NCBI GenBank assembly: GCA_051942205.1
Contig: JAVECO010000067.1
Location: forward strand, 1-64,000
DNA from: Coniocarpon cinnabarinum
Taxonomy: Eukaryota
DNA length: 64,000 bases
Direction of reading: 5' to 3'
The notes under the pieces are model-generated. The model saw only the letters and a program-made list of their open reading frames with translations. It had not been told where the DNA came from and did no database searches. How positions within the stretch are numbered: position 1 is the stretch's first letter; each line of letters opens with the position of its first letter. Of the stretch, positions 48,801-58,270 are shown one piece after another. A program made the position numbers and the translations under genes.

Positions 48801-49496
48801 ATCATCGTCCTTCGCAATCTCAAAGGGAGCACCATGTAGACTTCTTCGCTTCGCCGAGGGACTGCCAAAGCTGGGCCGGTCAAGGTTCATCACACCATCG
48901 CTTCGCTTAAGAGGACTCGATTTCGCCAGAGCGCGCTCTCTCAGGAATTCACGTTCCGTTACCGCTATCGATTTTGGGCGACCTGAAGGAGCTTTGAAAG
49001 GACTGTTTTGCACCGAGGATTTGGGAATGTTGAAAATATTCTCGTCGCATTGTGTGTCTTCCGGTGTGGTAACTTGATTTTCTTGACCATCAGCGCAGTC
49101 TTGGGAGGACTGACTGCTAGAGTTTCCGCTCGCGATACTCAAGGGTCTTCGCGCAGGCTGAGGAGATGGCGCATCATTCTGCGAGGAGAACAGACTGCCT
49201 CTCATAGGCGTCGCGCGTGCCAGAGACGACCTCACTTTGCGAGCTGCAGAAAAAACACCACCATCTCGAGTGGAGCGCAGAGCTGACGTGGAAGCGGCTT
49301 GCGGGTTGAAGTGTTGTCTGAGTGGAGACTGATGCGAAGGCGATGATGGCGATGATCTCTGCAGACGCGATATTTTCGACGGAGATCGAGAAATGCCTCT
49401 GCGCAAGGATTTCAGATCATCATGGAAAGGAGTGATGGCGTGTAGATGAGATGGTGAGAGTTGCAGGGTTTCAGCGTGACGAGGGGAGAAATCCAT
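45855..49496 (-). CDS. WEE1: Wee1/Swe1-family mitotic inhibitor kinase
   Basis: Long Ser/Pro-rich N-terminus with PAAFRSTGLISKR; GRGEFSDV; HLDLKPEN; KIGDFGLA; EGDRRY; LDDFRIWK. Confidence 0.95.
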   Translation of the reverse strand: MDFSPRHAETLQLSPSHLHAITPFHDDLKSLRRGISRSPSKISRLQRSSPSSPSHQSPLRQHFNPQAASTSALRSTRDGGVFSAARKVRSSLARATPMRGSLFSSQNDAPSPQPARRPLSIASGNSSSQSSQDCADGQENQVTTPEDTQCDENIFNIPKSSVQNSPFKAPSGRPKSIAVTEREFLRERALAKSSPLKRSDGVMNLDRPSFGSPSAKRRSLHGAPFEIAKDDDSRTEPMQFSGDESDSEHVPHRGIATTRPTGTTRKKHVPFRPSDRGSNPRNRQSLELDFSTPAPRKNSSRNKARISLDGGIGQRNDASELPIPGVADQRYEFAKPARPQPHPLSRTMTPASPLQSEFSHASNTQRVFPDTPNERPSFSKSLPIGAIRPQLRQSLESSQVSSSDEITFTTPKPFDDARPDPAAFRSTGLISKRHRNPDDMPPPPAGGFKAMPDTPCKKMPMSNIREVSDGVSPPAITGIAKPRFGQPLFAAPAKAFERSSSKPLFGSQLSSETAVHDSEHEPLNRSTSFVSTDGSDSGRSPNGSHGHADSQSSADDLPPTPTKQLFGFTSVKPNGKNVSLRSSLFGRRTTIGPSTFSPPDADQQPQEPESARNLCKSPSHDPESRAASTSDFTAKSLLQSPPPSTSASPLSSLARPRQTERRLDRKEPSPLMQEPLRVSKPHSNKCNDTKTRCVPIVSQSLGLSSTTPSVAPQTPAEMGVPDPSQLSISPTWRGARTPSWRGGLRSSLSKAPETPSCHHGNDGSPNQMGTVMTPSHHNAASHEVDPVLSERFRKVVWLGRGEFSDVFKVHESQQRSTSGSFLSPTQPRRSFSRSTSMPISDTVYVVKKSKAPLHGSRVRERTSREVQVMQALGHHEHIVTLVDSWEARSHLYLMTEYCEEGSLDAFLQRTGHNGRLDDFRIWKIMLEIATGLKHIHDAGFLHLDLKPENVFIDFSGTLKIGDFGLACDWPAPRSVEGEGDRRYMGPDLLMGNFDKPADIFAFGMMMYEIAGNCVPPDNGTNWHKLRSGDFSGLPSLTSASSDSQFQVYSDNFASGDYNNRPFSPNTVYSSRPDISKVDSNNDTRMISAESLTTPRVEKRPSTELIEPPTFMFESAHPASLDNVVHWMMAPLPLERPVIDQVLEMTGCLWVAGRRRAGAIVWEGKWGPSDVVLSQNSMTSGTETTTSQLFGATQETPASQGTFLDDADAEMMDA

Positions 49497-49757
49497 GTTG
49501 AAGCGTGGTCATTGATTTCGATGAGCAGGAAGACCAGTGAATGGTGAGCAAAGTCGCCAGCCCGCCGTGTGCTAGTGCGCTTCACCAGCCAGGTCGCGCG
49601 ATCGAATGACTGCCTTGCAGGGGCAGCGTAGAGCTTGCCAAGTGGACAGTCTCAGGAACCGACAACCCAGTGGTGCGCCATGCAAGGCGTACACGTTTAA
49701 CACCAATTGCGCCGTGCGGCAAGTGACGAAAAGACGGTGTCAACAGAGCGACTGGTG

Positions 49758-50060
49758 TGTTTACGGCTATTGATTGATGGTGACGTCTGTATGTTGTCGG
49801 TGGCGAAGAATGTAGGCGCAAGTAAACAATACAGTGACGCGTCTGGGAAAGGATGTCGACCAAGTTGGTGCTGCCAGATGGCTGAAGGCAATGGTCTGCG
49901 CTGATTTGTGTTGGTCAAGCGTCACGGCGACGATGCGTCAGAAGGAAGAGAGAGAGTGTGGACGAAAGGTCAATGGAGGAAAGATTGGACGGCAAGTGTT
50001 TACTCGAGAACCTCCTGCAGTAATGATCAACGTTGCAGGAAAACTACACCACGCGACGCG
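49758..50060 (-). promoter_or_regulatory. Putative cell-cycle elements upstream of WEE1: three forkhead motifs plus MCB-like sites
   Basis: TGTTTAC at 49758 and 49997; GTAAACAA at 49822; ACGCGT at 49837; ACGCGACGCG at 50051. Confidence 0.5.
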
Positions 50061-50736
50061 CTAGTGCTAGACGTCACGTGATTTTCGAGAAGATATCGGA
50101 ACACTCCGTCTCCTGACTGCCGAAGCTACTCCGCAGGTAATCCTTGCAAGGGTCACGTGCAAAGGTCGTTGATGCATTTCAGTTCAAGAGGCGACCTGAG
50201 CCTGTATGATAATCAAGACTCGGGTTACAAAGCTTTCGGTACAATCGCGAGAGCTTCTGCACCTTACAAGGCACTGAGTCACGATGTCCCGAGCGCTTTC
50301 CTACAGGGTCCCTGTCGTCCAAATATGAAATCACCTTTTTCCCGCTCAAGAACTGATCTTGTCAATCAAGCGATTTCGTCACTCGTTTCTCTTCTCCTGC
50401 CAGTCGTAAGTCAGCTTGATAAGCTGACAATGACTTCAAGCTTTACCGAGCTCGCGCGCAATGGTTGTACGCCTATTGTGACTTAAGCCAAGTCATTTTT
50501 AAACCACTCATGACCTGTTCTAAGCCGAGCCCGGCACGGCCTCAACAACTGCAATCAAATTCATCTCGTAGTTCAAATGATTATAGCATAGAAATTTGAT
50601 TTCTTCTCACCTTGCGGCACATACCGTGGTGTCATCGCCATGCTCTCATAGACCACCCACCAATCAGGTCAACAGGTACCCAAACTGTGTTTTCTGAGTA
50701 TGTTCGCGCTCGGCAAGTGCTTTGTACGGAAAATCC

Positions 50737-52620
50737 TTATGCAAATGTCGGACCCAATCTCTCCTCTGCGGACCGAGGTACCACTTGCACCATCATCTCC
50801 TGGCCTAAGACAGGGCCACCCATGCCCACCGGCGGCATCCTGGTATCCAGGTCTGGGATCCTGTCGTTTGTAATGGTCGCGTCAATGTCGTAACGCGTGA
50901 TCAGTAGCGCTACCATTGATATGACCTCCGAGTGGGCGAGGAAGCGGCCCGGACAATGTCCGATGCCACCACCAAACGGTCTGTATATGGGCGGCCTCGC
51001 AAGCTCTTGATGTTGAACAAAGCGATCCCACTTGAATCGGTCCGCGTCATTGCCAAACAAGTCTTTGTCCTTGAGCATCTCCTGATACACGAGCAGCAGC
51101 TCTGTGCGCGGCGGAATAATTCTGCCACTGGGAAGCGTGTGTTCAGTGACCGACTGTCGGTGCGAAGAGGTTACTGCCGTAATACGAATGATCTCTTGAT
51201 ACAAGCTGTTCAATTTCGGACAAGACTTGAGCGCCTGAGATAGGTCTGCTGCTGAAGAGCTCGAGGTGATAGCTGGGCGCACCTCCTCGCGCAGAGTCTC
51301 TAAGAGTGCCGGATCCTTCGAGATATAAGCCATGCACCAGAAACAGGCTTTCCAAGTATTGGTATTGAGTCTATCAGAGAGGAACCTCTAGTCAGACACG
51401 TTGAGGCATAATATGAGTTATTGAGCTCACTCACCCCCCGAATATCATGCTGTGAACAGCTGCCATGTCGGTGAGCTTGACCTCCTCGCGGGTTAAGTAC
51501 TCTTCGTAGAGCTTCTGAAGTGGCGATGCGTCATGCCTCTCGCTTCTCGGGGCTACAAGGTAAGCAGCGATAGCCTTCTGATACAGATGTAAGGCGATTC
51601 GCGTCCTCGCTGACCATGGTAAGGGCACGTGACTCAATATCATCCAGACGCGATCATCAAAAGCGTACAGGGCGTTTTTGAATTGTGGGTTGATTCGCAG
51701 CATCGCAGATCCCCAGAAAGCTTCGCTTGAGATTTGGGCCACAATGCCCCTAGGTACACACGTCAGCAGAAATTCTAAGCGCAGCTGTCATGACAGACCC
51801 TGCGCCATCAATCATGCAGTTCGCAATGCCACAGCGAACGAAAAGATTGAGCAAAGCTAGGAAACTTACCGCACCCAGCGTGAGAGAGGAGCGAGTTGAT
51901 GGCCACCCTTCCCAGCAGATACAGTTCGAGGAGGTAGGAGCTCCTCAGGACTCATAGTCCACATCTGGTTTATGATCTCGATGGGAAGGCCATCGACCCT
52001 GCCAAAGGCAGACACTTCTCGCGTCGTATAGCTCATGAGCTCTGTAAATGTATTCCTGTGCCGCAAATGACCAACTGCATTTCGCGCATAGCCGTCTCGA
52101 GTTGACCAAAGCTGCTTGACACCTTGCTTGGTGATACGAAACTCTTTCCCAATGCTCCGAATAGCTTCCTGGTGCTCGAAGCCAGAAGAGCTCTTGTGGA
52201 TATAGTCGGCGTCTTTTGACGAGACTATCACGCACATTTCCTTTCCGCCCAAAAGTATTGAGCATGGATCTTTCGACTTGGTGAATTCGCGCACTTGTTT
52301 AAGTACTTTGCCAAAATCGCGTAGATAAGTCGCCAGATGACCGTAGTAAGATGTCCATGAAGGCATTTCAAGAGGCTTATTTGGGTACATACGATGCAAC
52401 GCATATGGCCGAAAAATCTCCAGACCAACGTCACAATCGCGAGCAGAATGAAGGGGCTCAAAAAGAGCGCCCATGATTGACCATCCTCTTGCCAGTTTTC
52501 AGAAGCGGCAGCAATGGTAAGGTGGGTGCTTGATGATGCGTTAGAGGAATGAGCTATCGCTGGCGATAGGGGATCCCAAAGAAATGCGAATTGCGGTACT
52601 GAAGAAATGCTGTAAGCCAT
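50737..52620 (-). CDS. Cytochrome P450, CYP7/prostacyclin-synthase-like; exons 52620-51870 (frameshift near 52414), 51749-51435, 51370-50737
   Basis: Heme motif PFGGGIGHCPGRFLA; EIIR (ExxR); spliced I-helix FGGLNTNTWKACFW. The TM anchor and the Pro-rich hinge lie in different frames. Confidence 0.88.
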
Positions 52621-54312
52621 GTTAGGAATCTCTGAACAGCTTGGTTAGATTCAAAAGAATGAGGCAACCTCAGTCTTAAATATTGCAGCTGCAGTACAGT
52701 CCTCTCCATCCGGAACGATCTGGACATGCAGTCCAGAATGAGCGAGATTCCGAGTCGCCTGGGGTCGGATCGACAAAGCGCAGCTCTTCTCTGCAGCTGT
52801 CAGACAAAAGACGATTGCCATGAATTCGGGACTTCACGCGTATCACATCCAGAGCACAGTACAGGTGGCTCGCACTACGCTATCGCAAGTCAGCGCGGCG
52901 CGTTTATCGCAAACGATCAGCGCCTCTAGAATAATCGACCGGCTACTAAGCTTCAAGCACCAAACGCCCAGACACATCTGCCTCGTGGGAGCATTCGCAT
53001 GTTAGGCCGCCGTCGTGTTCTTTGAGAAACGACGTCAAGCCCCGTATGGATGGAATCGACAATCTAGTCTCGCATTCGCGTCAATTTGCCCTCGAAACCA
53101 ACCTCAGACGATGAACATACGAACGATCGCATTGGCCGAAAGGCTAGTGTCCATACGTTACCCGACCAAATCCCTTGTGTAACTACGAGATCCAGGCTGC
53201 GGGCTCGAACGACTAAGTGCACACGCCGATGACGCTAGATCGGCGGGACCAAATGGTCTAGTTGGTACGGGACAGTCGGCAAGAGCGTCCATGTGTAGAT
53301 CGATTAGACAATGTATAAGCCTAGAGTTTGCATGATCTGCTGTGGAACTGGAACTTTCTCCACAACGGCGTTGAAGCCGCCGGTATGGAGATGTGACGTT
53401 CTAATGGGTTAACTTCTAGTGCCCAAGAGGCACTTATCAATCGGCGGCAAACACTCCTGGGTTATACTCTGTCCGTAACCTCCCACACGCTACATTACCA
53501 AGGGCTTGTTTTACGTCTTCAGCGTTGCCAAGGGATAGATGCTTCTTGCCCATTCACATCGCGAGGGTCATCACAAGCAACTGGCCCGCGCTTTCAAAAC
53601 TTATATAGCATCGTACTCAGGGCACAGTCCTGTTGCTGGCCCGTAAATATGCTGACCCATCGTGCCGGGGTGCCAAACAGTGGAGCGCTTGTTCAGTGGC
53701 TTGCACCGCAACGTCCTTCCAGCCACTCGTCTGCATTCAGATACGAGTCAAGTTTTGCAAACTGACCGATTAATGACACAGTTCAGCTGGAGTCATCGAA
53801 TGGCATATACTAGCTCTTCTTCAATGAATGAGGTGACGCTTGTTAGCAGAGCCGCAAAGAGCTTGAGGTCGTCGGTCTGGCACAAGGTGTTCCTGAGTAG
53901 GGATTTTCTGTGGAGGTAATCAGACATCATCTCACCCCGCAGACGTTTACAGGCGCGCGAAAGCTCGAACACTGATCAGGGTCATTAGACTTTGATGCGA
54001 AGGTTCAAGCTAGAAATATTTGCTTGAAAAGATGATTATGACGCATTAAGGCCAGTTCACTCAGCATCCCAATGAGTATAGGAGTGCATTCAAAGCAGAT
54101 ACGAGTTGGCGCGCGAGACTCCATTGTCTCTGGAACTCCTGAGGCATCCCTAGGTCTGCTCTTGGCCTGAATTGAGTGAGACGGTGAGGTACTTAAACAA
54201 TGAATATGCAAGCTTTGATGCCTGAATGTTTGGGCATTTTCTCACCACGTTCTCTATTTAACTTAACCCTAACACCATGAGTCCTCACTGATTTCTGGCA
54301 GATAATTTGCCA

Positions 54313-55868
54313 TTATTCAAGTGGCTCGCTTTGCACTGCACCCTGGTGCTGTGTCTCAAGCTTTAAATCAAGGCCGTTTTCTAGCTCCTTCTTGATATCG
54401 TCAAGCACCTGCTGGACGAAAACGTCTTCGTGGTACGCGTCGTTGAACGACGCCGTCAGCTTCATGCAGCCTCGCCAAGTATACAAATGTACCGAAAAGC
54501 CTCTTTCACACCAGTCTACCGAGAATCCAAGGTCATCGATCTCAAATGTCGCTTGCCCGTATTGGTCGGAGTAAGATCTTCGCACATAATTCTCAATGAC
54601 TCCCAAGCTACTTAGATGAATGTGGCTGCCAGGCGGCAGCTCTTGTGGGGGTGTCATCAATGCCATGGAGTCGAGCAATTCTAACTGCGCGCGTAGATGA
54701 TGCAGACCGGTTGCTGAAGGCAGGGCTTTTTTGTATTGCTCAGAGAGGCTCACTGTAATCTGCGCAAAGTTCAGACCACGTGGCACCGCGACGTAGATAT
54801 TGTTCGAATACAGGTTCACGGCATTTTGAGCATCGTTGTACGGTTCTGCCCTGTTCATCTTGTGTTAGTGCACTGAATCTGCGCAGAGGGAGTAAGTATC
54901 AGGGTATCAGCTTGAGATCATCTTACAAATAAGGGCGCAGATCCTGCGGCAGAAGAGCCAGAGAGTCACACAATTTGGTCTCCGGCGAAGCGTGAAGATA
55001 CTGGGCGAGCATTGTTGCTGCTTGTAAAGCCACGGTAACTGTGGTTCCATGCTCCTTACAGGCATTTACAATCTTGCTTGTAGAGCTTGGAGTAAAGCTC
55101 AGATTATGGTGTGACATCTGCCGGGGTCGAGTCTCATCGTTGCCTTTGTAACAAAGTCCAGCAGGAGGCACTGTTGACATCAGCTTTCCAAGCGTCTCCT
55201 GCGCCATATGTAGTGCAGCTGCGTCGGCTTCAAGAGGCACGCCAGCAGCAGTCTCAACACTCGGGCTCAATTTCTTAGTCTCTTCGCCCCACAGAATCTG
55301 ATCCATGTCAACACTTTTGGCAAGGAGCGTGCAAAAGCGATCCATCATCATGTGAGCTCCGATGCCATCGATCCGCCACTTATAGGTCCGTTAGCAGAGG
55401 CGGAAGACCATGATAACATGGCACAAGATCGGAACTTACGTGTGAGCATCGAAAGACAAACTCAGAGGATTGCGACAGATAGTGCATTGTTGGAAAGGCC
55501 TGTGGCTTGAGGTTGCGCATGAGCTCACCTGCATCTCGGACACCCTTTACCACGACCAGTGTAGAGTCTAGCCACTCTTGCAATTCGATCCCTTGCCTTG
55601 ATGGCACGTTATAGACTTTTTCATTGGTATTGCTGTCAATCCATGTCGCCAAGTTTGGACATTCGAAGCGCAACTGAGCCCACGCAGCGCGCAATGATTT
55701 GGGCGTAGGAGATGGACAGGAATCGAGCATTCGAATCTCAGCCTTCAGATATATTGCATAGTTCTCATGGTCAAGAGACTTATGACAGACACCTAGCTTC
55801 ACCATGAACCCTTCAAAACGGTCCAAGGGAACACGCCATTCCCCATCAGATACTTGAGCCCAGTTCAT
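54313..55868 (-). CDS. CoA-dependent O-acyltransferase, TRI3-like; exons 55868-55440, 55378-54927, 54850-54313
   Basis: The catalytic HxxxDG motif is rebuilt across intron 1 (FRCSH|WRIDGIG); also DLRPYL|AEPY and LSSLGVIE. Confidence 0.85.
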
Positions 55869-58065
55869 TTGTTGGCGACTAGCAGTTCCGAGAGCGAGCT
55901 AGTGGATATTGGAGCTGGAATACGCCGGCGGAGGATGCTCCCACGGACAACACTTAGATAAGCGCGGATTTCAATCTCTTATGGATTTGCAGTCAGTGTT
56001 CAGAATGTGGAGGTTTTGAGGAGCCAGTAGATTGCAAGCAGCTTTGTTTAGGTGCTCTCAAGTATCTCTCCTTCTCCAGTAGGCACGGTGCCGCATCCAG
56101 TAGCGCAGATTGTTACACGACGTCACGCGTCGAGTGAAAGCTTTGATTTAGAAATTTGCAGCAAAGTCGGCATGCCTAGCTCTGATGTGCAGAGGAGGTT
56201 CGTAGCTTGGAAACAAGTTAGATCTTACTAGACGGATGAATGAAAGCTGCGCTGATGTCAATTACGAGCAGGGAGCGATTTTCGCAGTGTTGCGTCACCA
56301 TGGACATAGTCTTGCGGTATAGATTCAGAGACGCTGTTATATAGAGTATGAGAAAGACCCAAGGTGCACTGGCCTAGAGTGCACACAGAACCACGAAAGC
56401 TGTCAAACGATACTAGCTTAAATAAACCGCACTGGCTCCTCGGCGCTTGAGACTTTGGCTTGCGGAAGAGTTAGCAGCATTACTGTAAGTTCCAAATAAG
56501 GAGAATCCCAAAATCAGCTAGTGCTCAGATCATCAGCAAGCGCGCCTCCGCCAACATCGAAGCTTGTTTGGTGAAAAGACACCAACAACAAATGTCCAAT
56601 GGTCAGGCTCATTGTCAGTCGCCGCGTCGTTGTTGATGTCACGCATCCACAGATAATCAGCACATTGTCGGCACCTATAACAGACTTCACACGGCTTGAA
56701 CGATTCGTGTCGCCTGACGTATAATTTCCTGATCGAGAATGTATCTTGCACTGCTCAAAACGTTCGCTTGGAGGGCTCTTAGAATACACACGCCGGCTGA
56801 CGAGCCACACTGAATACACAAGCATTGCGTAAGATGGTTTCATGAGTATGCCACATTTTATACTTCGTGACTGGACTCAGACCTGTCCGTAACGTAGAAA
56901 CGAGTTGATTACCTTGATCTCTTGCTTAGAGTTGGGATGCGCGTGCTTATGAGTAGCCATCCTCAATGATCGCATATCTCTTGTTGCCAAATATCCTTAC
57001 CGGTCAGCTACGTGGCTAGAGATCCGGGATCAGTCTGAATATGTCGCTGGGTATACTGAGGATCTTTAGTGATGCCGTTTGTTACTACCTGACGTCTACT
57101 GAAGTTTTAGAAGGAAATGCAGTTTGCACTTCTCGAGACTATTGTTTGCGCAACATAACGATAACACAACAATTACCTCGTTCATAGGAGAGGTCAAGCT
57201 GTATAGCGCCTTTGCACCGTGATTGGAGAGCAATGTACTTCTCCGGGACAGGGTCTGCCCAAGTTGCTCATGCTCATGAATTTGGTAAATCTTTACAGCG
57301 TCAGATCACGGTCGAGCCCTCACGAATGCGTATGTTTGTGCTTGAAAATGTGTATGGAATTTCGCCCAGAGGCATGCCCAGGGCCCTTTACATCATTGAC
57401 GTCACTGTATAGAGTGATGGTCTCGAAAGCCAACAGCTGTTCGAAAGTAGAGATGTAGATGAGTGTCTGTTGACTGACGCCTCAGCCTATTTCATCAGCG
57501 CTTGACATTTTCGTAGAAAGGATAAGCGATGTGATGTGGCTTGTCCCTTGTCAAAAAGGGTATGAAGCACCCACTCGAGGTGCTCGTACAGCAATGGTCT
57601 AAGACGTCTTGAGCTATCCGAGAGAGGTGACCGTTTGCCCCTTCAGAATGATTCTTGGCTTGGAAGATGCTGAGCTGTCCCAGACGTCATGTGCTCGGGC
57701 ACAAGCCGTCTCTCGTTGCGCTGGCGCTACCAGCGTGATAAGGATGAAATGTTCTGTATCGACAGGCTAGCTAGCGGGACACGTAGTCCTTGATGGGTCA
57801 CCTTGCAGATGCACAATGTGCGCCTGCATGTACCAGCAGATGATGCAAAGTAGCCTTTCGAGGTTGAGTTCCTGGGGAAAACGGGTGCCTTGGACTTCAG
57901 GCCTGCAGACCATGTGAGCTAGTGACACTGGGCAGGGTGGACTCTCCGAAGATGACGTCGGATGAAGACCGGACCAGACGCGGGCACGGGCGGAAGCAAA
58001 GCCGCACGGCCGGTTCCTGAATACCGACGCTGTACCTCACCTACAGATGCGTTGTTTTGCCAGCT

Positions 58066-58130
58066 CATCCTCCTCTCTCCGTCTTCTTCGTCTTCTGTGT
58101 CTTCCTCCTCCTCCTCCTCCTCTTCTCCCT
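58066..58130 (+). repeat. Pyrimidine-rich (TCC/TCT)n tract upstream of VAC7
   Basis: A run of TCC repeats flanked by TCT/TCG triplets. Confidence 0.8.
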
Positions 58131-58270
58131 TGCCTCATGTCGGCATTCATGCTTTGGCCCAGGAGTTTACTCTGGCACCAAGTCTGCTTTCTGCACTCCG
58201 GCCCGTCCGCTTTCCGCGGACCGCTACAATAGTTGGCCGAGCTTGAATCCCATCCTTCCAACCTCCCAGG

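Noticed and set aside
54263..54273. TTAACCCTAAC, matching the telomerase RNA template for TTAGGG
   Set aside because: The sequence 40 nt downstream is the antisense strand of the acyltransferase CDS, leaving no room for a pseudoknot domain. A single short match is expected by chance.
56514..57075. Possible F-box-like relic (ILSIPSDIFRLIPDL) on the minus strand
   Set aside because: The resemblance covers only about 15 residues amid many stops and is not supportable.
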